Made by a program: the position numbers and the translations under genes. From the NCBI GenBank assembly GCA_976551045.1, contig CDPCPM010000011.1, forward strand, positions 5,332,001-5,396,000: DNA of 64,000 bases. Reading direction: 5' to 3'. Positions within the stretch are counted from its first letter, which is position 1; every line of letters begins with the position of its first letter. Positions 1 through 14,130 of the stretch are shown one piece after another. The notes beneath the pieces were generated by a model, which saw only the letters and a program-made list of their open reading frames with translations, made no database searches and was not told where the DNA came from. This stretch comes from Glaucostegus cemiculus (Eukaryota).

Positions 1-3000
1 TGGTGTTCATTTTTCAGTCACAGAATGGGGAAAACCAAGTTAACCCGGAATACATCAGCTCAGCAATCATTTTTAGGTGAAATAGAGTACATTGGAAAAT
101 TGGTCTGAACATTTGTGTGTGCTGTTCCCATTGGCACATAAGCACATCTACTTCTGTCTCCTACAATGTAATCATTGTATATGTTGCTTGTGTCTGGCTG
201 CTCAAGGGGTTTTTCCAGTAAGAGCAACAACCTTCTATGATTACTGCTTAGCAAGTTATTGGCAGCTGTGTTTGAATGAGCCTAGACTTTTCAGGAACAA
301 TACAGGTCCCATTTTAGTACCTGTTTCTGGGTGTACATCTCCCTAAAATCACTGCAATCGTCTTTTTGGACAATTTCACAACTATTTGCAAGGGACACAG
401 TTGGGCAAAGCACACAGTAAAAAATGGTGAAATCTATTGTTTGAGATCTTTTTTATTTTAGTGATCCAATATATGGGAGAAGTTCTTTCAGCAAGAAAAA
501 TAATCCAACAAAAAACTGATTTGTTTCTTCACACTGTCTGAGACTGCAGATCTTGAGATTACAATGGATTACTTTGGCTACAAACTATCATGGAGCATTA
601 CCTGTTAGTTGCTCACCAAAATTCATGAATGGTCTTCGCTCAGTACCTTTTGAGAGTCTAGAAACAGTGGAATCAAAGATCAAAGTCTAACAAATAAATG
701 TTATTCCACAGGAGTTTTAAGGAAGCGGAGTTCTGGTCATGCCAACAGGGAAGAAAATGACAAGCAGTTTGTTTACAGGTCAAAACAGTATACCGTGTAT
801 GAGTAGAAACTTCTGTGTCTCTTCACTAGTTATTGAGTACCTTTTGTTCACCAAGTGTTAAGCTGTTACTGTTGTGCTTCAAGGAGAGTAAATATATGAA
901 AATCTTTGGCATTCCACTTCACCAGCAACTAACACAGAGGCGTTATAAACACTGACACGTGAGATTCCTCTGTTTGCTGGGACTCTTGAGAAGAAGGGCT
1001 AGCCTTAGCAGCCATCTTTTGTCTGTATAAGACAATAGTATGCTATGGCCAGGTACTCCATAATATGCAGTCATCAGAATGTCTTTGTCTCTGTTTTAGC
1101 TTCTTGGATTGTTTTCATTGTTCATGCATTGTTTTCAGAATAAGTCATTAATTTTCAACACATCTTGCCCATGTACTTCCTTACGATTCGCAGCACCTAG
1201 AATGTCTAATTAATAAACAATGATGTTGTGAATGGTAGTTTTGGTATCATTCATATTGTATATTGCTTTCGACAACAGATTATCAGGTGGTAGTCCGCAT
1301 CTGTGGAAGGATGTTGAGATACAGTTGATGCTTATGTGTTTACCTGTTCTGCTTTGAAACATATCTATAGATAAAGATGCAATTGCCATTTGCTCTGTGC
1401 AAGACTCAGATCTATCAGGACATTGAAGTCTTCCATACTGAAAGGAACCATACAGCACAGAATTGGGTATTTGGATGACTGGTTTATAAATGTAATTGAA
1501 CAATTGGATTGGCTAGAGGTCATAACTGTTGAATCCAAACTGTTGACAATTTCAGAAGAAAGAATTAATTGCTGGTGAGAACTATTGGCACACTGTCAAC
1601 ATGATGAAATATCTGTCTCCTTTGCCACTGTTACACAAACTTCTGCAATCAGTGCTTCTACCCCACAGAAATGTAGTTGTTGAAAAGCAGAAAACTGGGC
1701 AGAGACAGGAGCTGCCTGAAAGCTCAAGCTTAAGGGGCTTTACTGTATGTGAACTTTAATGAGATTGATGATTAGTGCTTCTGGTTCAGGATCTCAAAGG
1801 ACATGCAAATCTCATAAAAAATACAATAGTCTTTGAAATGCTCATAAAATAGATCCCGCTACTTTGTGTGTGTTTCAGTTCACCTCTGAACTGAAGAAAT
1901 AAACACAGGTCTCAAACTTACAGATGCTTCCTTGACATTGCTATTTATTATTTATTCAACTAAATACTTCATTTGTGCAACATGTTGAATAATTCTGTAG
2001 ATCTCATGATTCTTGCAATATAAATTCATCTGCAAGAGCACAAAAGAAAGCATCAACAAAATTCTGGAACAAATTTAGAACATACAGGAAATGTTTAGTT
2101 GTTATTTAGGAGGCTTTTTTCTGGAAAGTTCTAGGATAGCTCACTCATCTGTCAAATTGCCACTAAATGTATTTGTTTAAAGAGACTTGGAACTTCTTTT
2201 GGATTTGAAAATGTGTCGTTTCTAAATAATGCTGCAGCACTTTAAACAAGAATTCAATGAATTAAAAATGTTTTGTTTATACAACATAATCCATTCATTC
2301 TTTTGCAATCAGCGATATTGTTAACTTGGACTTCTTATACTGCAGTTTTAATTGGCCCTCACCTTAATTGGTGTTTATTGTTTAAGCAATCTGACTCCTG
2401 TTACCCATTTGAAATGCCTTCAAGTGTTAATAGAAATGTCCAAGCCAAATGTTAAAATTCAGGGCTCCTGATTTATTGAGTATAGACAGAGGTGAAAGTA
2501 ACTTAAATTTCTTATTGGTACGATTGTAACAATTAACATTGCTGATTTAGTCCACTTATGATTCATTTATTGATTGATTCTGCTGGGAACCCTTTTTACC
2601 AATACACCATACCAACCCTTACTTTCACCTTTGAGTGGAGATTTCTGATACTAAACTTGTGCTCACTTATTTCAGCACAGAGAGCACTCGGACACTTCAC
2701 AAGTTTAATATAGTTACCAAAAATACTTAAACTTGAGGCTTCCTTAGGATGTGCCAATATTTCTCCCATTAATGTTCAGCCCCAAACTGATGCTAGAAAG
2801 GAGGTCAATCTCTTAAGGCTCTTTTGTTCTGCACTTCAATTTCAACATATTCAGGAGCTCCTCCTTCACTCTTACTCCTTTCCTCATCTTCTGAAGATTC
2901 GTGTTGACAGAAATCCTCTTCTGCTACTGATGCTCCATCAAGTCACCATGGATGGGCCAGACCATAATATTACCATTGTGTTAAGCAACAAGTCAGAAAT

Positions 3001-3689
3001 ATATTCCAATGAGACAACATGAAAATATTCTATTAATAAGCAGTGAAGCAATGACATTGTGTCTGCTTTACAATATTGATTGACACTTCATTGGCCAAAA
3101 GTCATTGAACCTGGGAATAAACATGAGAGTTCCAGGCAATTGTTTTAGTTTATTTCATTCAATTATTCAGCTCTCTGTTACTGGAGCAAGCCTAAACTCT
3201 GTGGGCCACAAAACCCATACATGGTTTGTAACCTCAATTAGAAGATTCTGATAGAAAGTACTCTAAGAATTCAAATTGATTCACTGTGTTGAAGTGAAAG
3301 AATAATTCTGTTTTAACTAATTACTATCTGATATACTATTTCTTCTTTGTAATCTTATTTCTTAATACATTTATTTTATGTTTGATCTGAAAAATATAGT
3401 TTGTCAATGCAGTCTTTTTGTGGGTAGGTAGATCAGTAGAGATGTTTGTTGCTTTACCAAGAGGCAGAATTCCTATTATAAAAGTGCAATGGGAGGAAGG
3501 CTGGAGTTAAGAATCTGAGGAGACCTGAACATTGCATGTACAAAGAATAGGGATCTTAATCCCAGAAACTAGGAGCTTTGGGGAAGACAGCCTGGTGGGT
3601 CTAACTCAATACTCTCTGCTTTCAATTCTCTCAGGACTTGGTGCTTCTGAATGCCATCTTTGTCCATGTCGACACTGCTCATGTTGAAA

Positions 3690-3880
3690 CCCCTCTGTAA
3701 CGCCATGGATTTTCTCCTGGTACTCTACTTTCCTCCCACATCTCAAAGACATGCTTGTTGGTAGGTTAATTGCCCACTCTAAATTGCACCTGGTGGGTGG
3801 GTGAGTGATAGAATCTGGGGGAAGTTGATGGGAATGTAGGGAGAAAAAAGTGAGATTAATGTTGTGTAAATGGGCCATAG
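3690..3880 (+). mobile_element. V-domain (HE1-like) SINE fragment
   Basis: ttttctcctggtactctactttcctcccacatctcaaagacatg...gtaggttaattg resembles the V-SINE core found in sharks and rays. Confidence 0.65.
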
Positions 3881-3965
3881 ATGTGGAATCATATTGCAGG
3901 GAGACCAAGTTCACACTGACCATCAAATATCCATTTCTACTAATCCTACAGTTACATTAATTCTA

Positions 3966-4708
3966 CAATGGTGCTAAGGTTGAGAGGGTTGAGAGCTTCA
4001 AGTTCCTAGGAGTGAAAACATCACCAATAGCCTATCCTGGCCCAATCACATAGACACCACAGCCAAGAAAGCTCACCAGCGCCTCTACTTCCTCAGGAGG
4101 CTAAAGAAATTTGGCATGTGTCCTTTGACACTCACCAACTTTTATTAATGCACCATAGAAAGCATCCTATCTGGATGCATCACAGCTTGGTATGGCAACT
4201 GCTCTGCCCGGGACTGCTAGAAACTGCTGAGGGTTGTGGACACAGCCCAGTACATTAGGGAAATCAGCCTCCCCTCCATGGACTCTGTCTATTCTTCTCA
4301 CTGCCTTGGTGAAGCAGCCAGCATAATCAAAGACCCCACCCACCCAGGGCATTCTCTCTTCACTCCCCTCCCATCAGGCAGAAGATACAGGACCCTGAGG
4401 GCACACACCACTGCAGTCAAGGACAGGTTCTATCCCACTGTTATAAGACCATTGAATGGTTCCCTTATACGATGAAGTGGACTATTGACCTCACAATCTA
4501 CCTTGTTATGACCTTGTACCTTATTGTCTACCTGCACTGCACTTCCTCTGTAACTGTGACACTTTACTCTGTATTCTGTTATCGTTTTTACCCTGTACTA
4601 CCTCAATGCACTGTGTAATGAATTGATCTGTACGAACAGTATGCAAGATAAATTTTTCACTGTACCTTGGTACGTGACAATAATAAAGCAATTCCAATAC
4701 CAATACCA
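3966..4708 (+). mobile_element. Rex1/Babar-like LINE 3' fragment
   Basis: Degenerate VERVESFKFLG...KKAHQRLYFLRRLKKF...IESILSGCITAWYG...IIKDPTHPGHSLF..LPSGRRYR, then a 3'UTR ending in AATAAA and a ccaata repeat tail. Confidence 0.88.
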
Positions 4709-4711
4709 TTA

Positions 4712-5262
4712 ACCCCATGTTATTTTGCTACATGAGAGGAAGGATGTGATTGTGCTGGAAAGGGTACAGAGGAGATCCATCAGGGTGTTGCCTGGGATGG
4801 ATGGAGGGACTGTCTCTGTCTCTGGTCGGGTTTGTTTTCCTTTGAGAGGAAGAGGCTGAAGGGGAACCTGGTCAAGGTCTACAAAATTATGAGGGACATG
4901 GATAGGGTATATAGTGAGAAACTTCCCCATTGCAGAGGTGTTTCAAACCAGAGACAAATAGATTAGGATAAGAAGTGAGAGCTTCAGAGGGGATCTGAGG
5001 AAAGATTTTTTTTTCACTCAGACGGTGGTTGAATTCTGAAACATACTGCCTGAGGGGTCAGTAGAGGCAGAGACTCTCATAGCATTTGAGAGATATCTTG
5101 CTGAGAACTTGAATCACTAAAGTATAGAAGGCTTCTATACTAAAGTATAGAAGTACCAGTTACTGGTTAATGGGAGTTGCTTGGATGGGTATTTGGTAGT
5201 CAGTATGAACATGATGGGTTGAAGGGTCTCCTTCAGTACCATCCGACTCCATGACACTCTGA
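4712..5262 (+). mobile_element. CR1 LINE 3' fragment, degenerate
   Basis: aggaaggatgtgattgtgctggaaagggtacagaggagat... corresponds to the RKDV..LERVQRRFT segment and parallels 33550-34050. Confidence 0.85.
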
Positions 5263-7112
5263 CCTAAATGTCTTGTACTTGGTCCTCTCTTCCATATCAG
5301 TGATATAGGTTATAAACAGCTGGGGCCCAATACAGATCCCTGTGACACCCACTTATCACAAACTCTCAGTTGGAGAATGACCTATTTATTCCTCTTTTCT
5401 GTTTACTTTCCATTAAGTGATCCATTTAAATCGATGATCTACCTACCAGTTTTATATTGTGGATCTGACTCCTTTGATACCGTGCATGTAGCATGTGCTG
5501 CTTTATATGGTGCAGAACAGGACAACTCTAAAATAAACGGCGCCATGTTTTCATAATCCTTCAGTAGTGTGTGTTTGTTTCTTCCTTTAAGAGTACAAAG
5601 TGTGAGCACTGCTGCATAAATTCATGTGGAACAGTTCCAGGAATTCACTTCGGTATTTTTATTACGCTTGAAATTTGATGGCCAGGATCCTGAGAGCTAG
5701 TGCATGTGGAGAGTGGGTGTATGGGAACACTATGTGCTTGCAAACTCCGTGCAGCTGGCAAATTTGGCACAGGCTCATCATTGGTGCTGAGAGGTTTTCA
5801 AGCACTCCTCTAAACCCTACCCTTTCTTCATAGGTTGGGTCAACTGACCTGCTCTGGTCTGGTCTTACATTCAGCCATCTGAAGGACCTGTATGTCATAA
5901 TTGCCCTAATGCTGGATCTCAATTGACCCAGGAATGTGTAGTAGTGAGCCCCTGCTGTTGGATCCTGCCATGCCCAGTATTTCAGGTCCTAGAGGAAACT
6001 TGCCTTTTAACTGGTGGCCAGAGGTTCCAACACAGAAGGTAAGTGAAAACTCCCAGAGATGGCAGAGACCTGCACAACCAGGGTCCCAACACTGTCCAGG
6101 GGGCTTCAGCTACTTTCCTGGCAGCATGCGATGCTGTCTCCATTGTTTATAAAGCATGATTATACAAATTCATAAGCTTTCAAAAACAGCTTCAGTATTT
6201 TCAATTCAGGATGAACACAAAGTCATTCCCAGCTGCTAAACTTTGACTGCAATTGCACTATAGTGTAGTTTATAACTAAATTATAATAAAAAGCATTCTT
6301 CTCCATTTTAGATTTCTGGACAAAAGGTACTACTCCAAAGATAATCTATGCTCATGGCTTCTGCAGCATACTAAAAGACAATTTTTAGAATTAGTGAAAG
6401 GACAGAGTTGACTAGTTTTTATTGACAGCATCACTATGACTCATTTTCACAGCATTTCTTGTTCTTCCTGATTACAACAATAACCCCTCTGATCTCTCAC
6501 ATGCTCACTGTTGTGGAAAATTCCATTTTTCTACCTAAGTAAGCACGAGGAGGGGCAAGAATCCCACAGTAATAAGAGAATCCATAATAACAAGAGGAAA
6601 ACATCAACTGACATGACAGGGGAAATTCTGCCAGCTTGTATTGAGACAAATTCTCCTTAGACAGGCACAGAACAATTAAAACTCTCCAAATGTGTCAATG
6701 AATATGTTTACAGAGCAGTTAAAATAAATCAAACTGAGATGTTGAAATATGAATTTTGTTTGACAGATTTTATTGAAGTCCATTGGTTCTACCTCATGAG
6801 CCTAACTAGGGACTCAGGAAACCATGGAACAGCTGGTTATCACACCCACTTACCAAGCTGATGGAGAATTGTCTTGGATCCCTTCCTTTGGTTCCACCAT
6901 CTCCAGAGTTGACCAAAATATTTTGAGGAACTCACTTATTTCCTTTTATTCTCTAACATGATTATGTAGGGATCACAAAGAGGGTAATAGAAGGATATCT
7001 TCTGAGTTGTATGCTTTTAATTTGAAGGGAAAGTGTTGGTAAATGATGGAATAAAAGATTTTACATGAATTACTACAACACACACAAATTGTGTCGTCGA
7101 GATCATCAAGAT

Positions 7113-7245
7113 CCTAATGAAGGGTCTCGATCTGAAATGTCGACTGTTTATTTTCCTCCATAGGTGCTGCCTGACCTGCTGAGTTCCTGTGGCACTTTGT
7201 GTGTATTGCTCCAGATTCCAGCATCTGCAGAAATTCTTATGTCTC
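7113..7245 (+). mobile_element. Penelope-like terminal repeat with degenerate hammerhead core
   Basis: ctaatga-agggtctcgatct-gaaatgtcgact...gctgcctgacctgctgagttcct; related copies at 13160, 40556, 50203, 53655 and 55035. Confidence 0.6.
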
Positions 7246-7384
7246 TGTTACATGAATTACTGGCTATTTCCCCAAACATTTGCTGGAAGCAGGCAATAAA
7301 AATATAACATAATCCTTATGAAGAAGGAGACAAAGGGAAACTCATTCAAAATGAATGCAAGTGATTTACTGTCAAGTTATAGGC

Positions 7385-8120
7385 ACCATTGTCAAAGCCA
7401 CTTCTTTGGGATAGGCCTGAAAAGGTGGTGAGTTTTTTAATCTACGGCCCTCTGTGTGGTGAAGATGCTCCTACAATCCTGTGAGATACTGAGTTCCATG
7501 TTTCTAACCCATAAATGTAGAGAACCATTGACACATGTTGAAATCAGGATATTGATAACCTGGAGGGAATATTGAGGTAATGGTGTTACCGGCTGTCTTT
7601 CCCTGGGTCGTGGATATTGTGGTTTTGGGAAATACTGCAGTTGAACACATATTGAGCAGTTGGAATGGGTTCTGTAGATTGAAACACTGAAGCCATAGCA
7701 CATCAATGATAGGGTGTTGGATGCTGAGATGAATTTAAAATATGTGGTTTGACTCGGCCTGGGTAATGGTGAAGGTCATGATGGCTGCTGTACCATCCAT
7801 ACAAGTGGGGAAGCGTACATGTTTCATTGGCTTTGGGGAATCAGCAGGATGCCTTCTTTTTGAGTTGTTTACCATCATGTTATAATTGTGTCTGGTCCAG
7901 TTGAGATTCTGGCCCCCTATTCTCACCCTATTCCCTGCCCATGCCCTCCACCGTCATCACACACACCTTCCTGGATATTAATGGTGGGCAAACCAATGTA
8001 AATGAAGATCAAGAAGGGTTCATTTCCCTTTATGATGATTATTATCCTGCACTTGTATAGTGTCCGGGACTTGCTGCAAGCTGGCATGAACTCATTTTCT
8101 GAGAAGTTAGAAATGGATCT
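7385..8120 (-). mobile_element. old CR1/L2-group LINE fragment
   Basis: Patchy similarity to 18960-19830 and 41870-43700. Confidence 0.5.
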
Positions 8121-9417
8121 CAATAGAATGACTATTACTTTAAGACTGAGATAAGGAGAAATTTCCTTTCCCAGAGAGAGGTAAACATGTGGAATTCTCT
8201 GCCATGGAAAGCAACTGAGGCCAAATCATTAAATATATTCAAGATGAGATAGATTTTGTACTTAGGGATATGGGGAGAAAGCAGGAACAGGGTACTGAAT
8301 TTAGAGGATCAACCATGTTTGTATTGAATTGTGGAGCAGGTTTGAAGGAACAAATGGCCAATCCTGCTCCTATTTTCCATGTCTCTGTAAATGAACATCC
8401 CTGGAGAATGAATTAATTGTGATGTCTCTGGACAAGTTTAGTAAATAGTAACTGTTTCACTGCATAGTCAGACTAAGAAGGGTAACTGCAACATGCAAAG
8501 TGTAGCCAACAAAAACCATCTGATCCTGCAGGCTGTGAATTACACTTGAGCTGCAGAGGGAAAGCTCTGCCCTTGCTAGAGCACCTTCTAAGCTCAGCTT
8601 CAGGCAACGATGGAGTGCCAAAACTCAGGAGTGTGAGAAATGTTCCTGGAAGAGATCTCACACATTTCAAATTTAATGCAATTACTATCAGGCTGGTGGC
8701 TGACCCAAGACCTCCGTTGTGGATTTTGTGTCAGCTTTGCACCTTGAATTGCTTCTTCATGAAATGGCTGTACAGCTCTACTCTTGAACTCCATGGATCG
8801 ACTTGCCTGGTTCCTTCGCTGACTAAGATAGTTGTTTATGTGGTTGTGTTTGCCAGCTCTGTGCACAAGGGAAGATTCAGGCTGTCAAGTGCACGGGATG
8901 AGAAACTTAGCCTTTAAACTGGCTTAATTTCAAAGAAATATCAAACATTTATAGTTGTTCAGTCTGAGACTTCTGTTTTGCCATCCCTAAGCAGCAATGG
9001 GGGATTTATCTGTACAGAACATCAGCAGCTTTAAGTATTGTCATTACAAAACAGCAAAAGACAGCTGCACTTGAACAGGATTTGCCTGCAGCATTTTATT
9101 CCAGTTGTTATTATCTCCATTTGTTAATTTTAAGGATTTAAAAGATGAACTGGTTCCAAATAAGGTTAAACAAGATTAGTAACTGCTAAAAGGTCTGTGC
9201 TACATGCCAAAATGTTTGTGGTGATGATAAAGTGGACTGAGAGTAGCACTACGTTCATTAAATGCTCTAATCCTGGGTTAGAAATTGGACTAATTTTCTG
9301 AGAAGTTAGAAGTGGATTGCAATAGTATGACTATTACTTTAACACTGAGATGCAGACATATGGAATTCAACACAGAAAGCAGCTGAAGCCAAATCATTAA
9401 ACATATTCAAGATGAGA
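8095..9417 (+). repeat. local direct duplication, 8095-8249 and 9294-9417
   Basis: Both copies read ttttctgagaagttagaa.tggat..caatag.atgactattactttaa.actgagat...gccaaatcattaaa.atattcaagatgaga; the second has an internal deletion. Confidence 0.8.
8135..8388 (+). mobile_element. CR1 LINE 3' end
   Basis: tttaagactgagataaggagaaatttcctttcccagagagag... parallels 33807-34050. Confidence 0.8.
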
Positions 9418-9627
9418 ATATATTATATTCATGGCCCTATTTGAAAACATTAAATCACATCATGGTAGTGATCATAACATGGTTGCAAGTTGTTGGCTGC
9501 TTTGTAAATGCAGAGAATTTCAAAAATGAAGAGCAATGCTCAACTCTCTACTATTTAGTTGAGGCTGCTGAGGATCAAATTCTGCCAAAGTATTTTAATC
9601 TAATGAGTATTGCTTACATACAGACGT

Positions 9628-9657
9628 AGACACACACACACAAACACACACACACAC
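9628..9657. repeat. imperfect (CA)n microsatellite
   Basis: agacacacacacacaaacacacacacacac. Confidence 0.85.
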
Positions 9658-11377
9658 CCACCCCTCACATTCAGCATTATATTCAGCAGAATATTTTGCA
9701 AATACCTCATCTCATACCAACGTTAGTACATTGGTTATTATTGAAGTTAGAAGTCAAGTTTGTGACGGGGTAGAGGTGTGAATGCTGACACATGGGCTAG
9801 AACTTGGCTGCAGTGCCACATACCGCACTTGTACCATTACATTTGGTCAGGGAATCTATGAACAAAACAACAAGGTGCCTCAGTGCATAGGTCAGGGGAA
9901 GAAAGTAGGAGGTCAATTCAGAGATATTACTGTGCTTTCAGTGGAAGTTCCTCCATTATGTCCTTGAAGGGACTCAGCAAAATCCACTCTATTTTAAACT
10001 CTTGGAGCACCTCCAAAGACACCAGCATTCTAAAGGAGCGATCAATCTGTGAAAGAATACATTAATATTTCTATATGAAGTCACTCCAAGGAGAGCCAAA
10101 GAGTATTTTAATGACTCAGAACAAATCCAACCATCATACTAGAGTAGCTTGGCTCAGAAGAGGGGTACCCCCAGAATCTGAGTGAGTTTCCAGCCTTGTG
10201 TGTGGGAAAGTGGCTTGTGGTAATGCCAGTGACATCTGCTGGCCTGAGGAATGCCCAAGCCTCTTCTTTTTCTGAAATGCCAATAACAGAAGAGAAGGAT
10301 CATCAATTTGTCACATTCTGAACCAAATCCACATGTAACTGTTCTAGTAAATTCGAGGAACAAAGAGTTTTCAATTCTAGCTTATCGGATTGAAGAATTA
10401 AGTTACAAGAGAATGGAACTCTTTCAGGTTGGGTGACCACTGTCAGCTTCAAGTGCACTCAAGTTAAATGTAGGAAACTGAATGGAGAGCACAGATTCCT
10501 TTCCACGAGTGAATTCAATAACCAGCTACAGCTGGAAGAATGATTCTTTGAGTGTTAACTTTTTTTCTGACTGGTTCCTATTACAAAATAGATATTTATA
10601 TAGTTACATTGTTACCTTGCTTAGTACTCAGGATGTCTTCCAGGGAACAAGAGCACTGATGGAATCAGTGACAGAAGGGATCATTGATGCATTGTATTAC
10701 AGAGAGATACCATGCTGGAAGCTAATGCAACCTCCAGCCCTGCCTGTGCTGTTTGCTGCTGCATCGAGAATCTGCATGTTGGAAATCAATGAAATGCCAC
10801 TGACTAGGTTTTGGGAGGGTTGGTGTTGGGTGAGCTGGGCAAATAGTGTGGCCAATGAGTGATGAGAAGTGGGGGTCAGCACTATGCATTTGTTGGGCAG
10901 TGAGTGTAGGCAGTGCTGGTGACCAGTGGCACCTCTTTCATACTGCCCAGATCTAACGGCTTCTCCCATCAACTCCTGTTAGATGTGATATATATTGCTG
11001 GCTTCCCAGTTTGGAGATTTCTCGATTGTACCAAGCAGCCACTGTTGAGCTTATGACAGGTGTAGAGGTGTGAATACTAACACATGGTCCAGAGCAACCA
11101 CAGCTGAGGTTGTTACCATAGACAAGTCTCTGGGCTGGGGAGACCATAGGATCTGGGTGGTCTCTCATCACTTGGACCAGTTGCTGCCAGTCCTCAGCAA
11201 TGGCCTCCATGTGCAGCCCCAAGCTCCACAGCAAAGCACTGAGTGGTTGCACCACTCACCTTGGTTCAACCAACACTGCCCCGCACGGGCAGCCTCTCCA
11301 CATCAAGCCGGAGGAAAAAGCATTCTTGGAGGAGTGCCAAAAGAGGGGAGGGATTCGCGTCAGTTCACACTGCACAG

Positions 11378-11582
11378 CCAGTGGTGAGTGCCTGGAACAT
11401 GTGAACAGGAGAGGGAGTGGAAGCAGATACCACAGCAACATTTAAGAGACACTTAGACAGGCACAGGAACAGACAGAGAATAGAGGGATATAGACCATGT
11501 GCAGGCAGATAGGATTGGAATCAAGGTTGGTGCAGACATGGTGGGCTGAAGGGCAGTTTCTGTGCTGTACCGTTCTATGTTT
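11378..11582 (+). mobile_element. CR1 LINE 3' tail
   Basis: gtggtgagtgcctggaac...catttaagagacacttagacaggcac...gggctgaagggc..tttctgtgctgtac. Confidence 0.75.
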
Positions 11583-13154
11583 AACAGCCACATAGTTATT
11601 TGAACCTTCCATGTCTTTTTTTATCCAAGAGAAGCATAATATTTTGGAGGTATTGTGCAATGAATGTGCAATAGATTCATGACCTTTAATTATAAAAATG
11701 AAGATGAATAGTGCCAGTCATAATTTCCAGCCCTTTTTTGTCAGTGGTGGGTGGTATAATGGTTATCAACAAGGATCTATATGAAGATGATGCATGCTGT
11801 CTCTTAAAAGCTATTAATTGCAATGTTATATTGTTAGATGAATGGATTAATAATAAACAATTAATTATAAGGAAATAACACAGTGTATTCAGTCTACACG
11901 GATTAATCTAGCAATGCTAGAGTGAAAATAATATTGACTACGAAGGATCCTTGCCTTTGTGTTGCAATTACAGATGTTATTACATGATCAAGTATTGTTT
12001 ATTAACACAATCTTTGGATAAGAGGGTTCATGTAACCAGGGAGTTCTAGCTCTGTTAGTGAGAACCCATAAATATTTCTTCAGCATTACACTTGTCCTGT
12101 GAGAACAGTGAGAAATCGGGCCTGCCAGTACCTGTTTTTGGAAAACTATGAGTGCCCTAAATGCTCCAGGTCAGTGATTGTGGACAGCATGTTTGGAAAT
12201 GCAAGGCTGCCACACTGACCATGGCATTAGCACGTCCAGGAATGTATGGATCAGGTGGGAAAGAGGCATACTGGAGATTTAACCACAATACTGTGAAATG
12301 GCAGGGCAAGTTTGAAGGTTTCTGAGCTACTTCTCTAATTCCCTAAGTAGTTATATTCTACCTCCACACATGATCAAACTGGGCTCATTTTGTCTGGGCC
12401 CAATCTTGTTCTCTCAATCCTTTTTCCTGTTATATTACCAACCAACCAGTTTCCCTTCCAGGTTTCTGTGTTAGCTGATCACACTAATGGCTTCTTCTAC
12501 ATAAGCAGTTAGTGAGACAGAACTGTTAGTGTTAATGTTATCACTTTCACTTTATTTCCAGCATTTTTACCCTTTACCTCAAAAATAAAACCTTGACGCC
12601 TTCATCATTGAAATCTGCCATCCCATCACCTGCCTGTCCTTCTCCAAAGTTTGTGAATATCTTTGAAAGAAATTTCCTTGAAATAAGTATTGAAAAGAAA
12701 AAAAACCTTTGTTTTTAGTCTCTCTCATTAACATCATCCCTTTGCCACTTCCTGAAACTATTTCCAATGGAGACTGTCCAAAGCTGAATCAAACAACTTT
12801 GGAAATCATAAAATGATGTGCTAGAGACAAGATAGCTTCGTAAAAAGAGAACTGTATGTGACAAATTTGAGTTTTCCAAGGATGTAAGGAGAAGCCATTT
12901 GTTGTGTATCTAGATCTTGAAAAGAGATTTGAAACTGTACAACACAAAGGCTGTTACATAAAATAAGGACTCACTGAGCTTGGGATAACAGAACTGGTTA
13001 AGACATAGAAGATAGTGAGTTGGAATAAATTAGTCATTTCAGGTTGACAGACTGTTACCAGTTGGGCACACAAAGATCAGTGCTGGGTCCTCAGCTATTC
13101 ACAACCTATATTACTGAGTTGGATGAAAAGCCAGAGTGCAAAATACACAAATTG

Positions 13155-14130
13155 AAAATCAAATGTCTGCAGATGCTGGAAGCCTGAAATAAAAAAAACA
13201 GACCTACTCAGCTGGTCAGGCAGCATCTCTGGAGAGAGAAACAACTAATGTTTCTTGTTGATGACCCTTCAATAGTGGAGAAGTGAATAAAAAATGCAGG
13301 GAGAAGGGTTGGAGGGAATAAAAGGAAGGCCTGTGATCAGGTGGAGACCAAGGTTGTCTGGGTGACACGATGCTTTCAAAGCCATCTAGTTAAAAGATGA
13401 ATATGGACAGTCAGGGAGAGAGAAAAACACAGTCTGGAAGTAAACCCTTTGACTCTCACCAGCTTTTACTGATGCACCATAGAAAGCTTCCTATCTGGAT
13501 GTATCTCGGCTTGGTATGGCAACTGCTCTGCCGAGGACCACAAGAAACTGCAGAGAGTTGTGGACACAGCCCAGGGCATCACAGACACCAGCCTCCCCTC
13601 CTTGTCTTTATCTCTCGTTGTCTTGGTGAAGCAGCCAGCATAATCAAAGATGCCACCCGGGACATTCTCTCTTCTTTCCTCTTCCATCGGGTAGAAGATA
13701 CAGGAGCCTGAGGGCATATAAACAAGATGGACTATGACCTCACGGTCTACCTTGTTGTGACCTTACACCTTATTGCACTGCTCTTTTTCTGTAGCTGTGG
13801 CACTTTATTCTGTACTGTACTGTTACTGTTTTTGCCTGTACTACATCAATGGACTCTGTACTAACTCAGTATAACTTCACTGTGTAATGAATTGACCTGT
13901 ATGATTGGTATACAAGACCTCAGTACAGTGACGATAATAAACCAATAGCAATACCAATACCAAACAAAAAGGCAGAACGCAGTAGTTGCAGGAGATCTGA
14001 AAGGAAAGAATGTTGACCTGTTCTAACAGACACAGGAAGGGGTAATTATCTGAAATTGTTGCATTCAGTATTGAGTGCCAATGCCTGGATGGAAGATGAG
14101 GTACTCTTCCTTGATTTTATTAGAACAGTG
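13155..14130 (-). mobile_element. Penelope-like fragment nested in the CR1, itself interrupted
   Basis: ctgcagatgctggaa...actcagctggtcaggcagcatct is the reverse complement of the 7113 repeat. It appears to continue after the Rex1-like insertion (ttatctgaaattgttgcattcagtattgagt). Confidence 0.5.
13444..13962 (+). mobile_element. Rex1/Babar-like LINE 3' fragment
   Basis: Close similarity to 4122-4708 (ctttgactctcacca..ttttactgatgcaccatagaaagc...aataaaccaatagcaataccaatacc). Confidence 0.88.

Noticed and set aside
1-2100. Unique-looking sequence with minus-strand ORFs (60..254, 1210..1503); possibly a decayed large exon or the neighbouring gene (ENGASE flanks RBFOX3 in mammals)
   Set aside because: No recognisable protein motif, frequent stops and no convincing splice structure. 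A tblastx search would be needed.
2671-2690. REST/RE1-like ttcagcacagagagcact
   Set aside because: Half-site spacing is about 3 nt too short for a canonical RE1.
10482-11445. Overlapping ORFs on both strands
   Set aside because: Slightly higher GC explains the ORF density; no motif or splice support.
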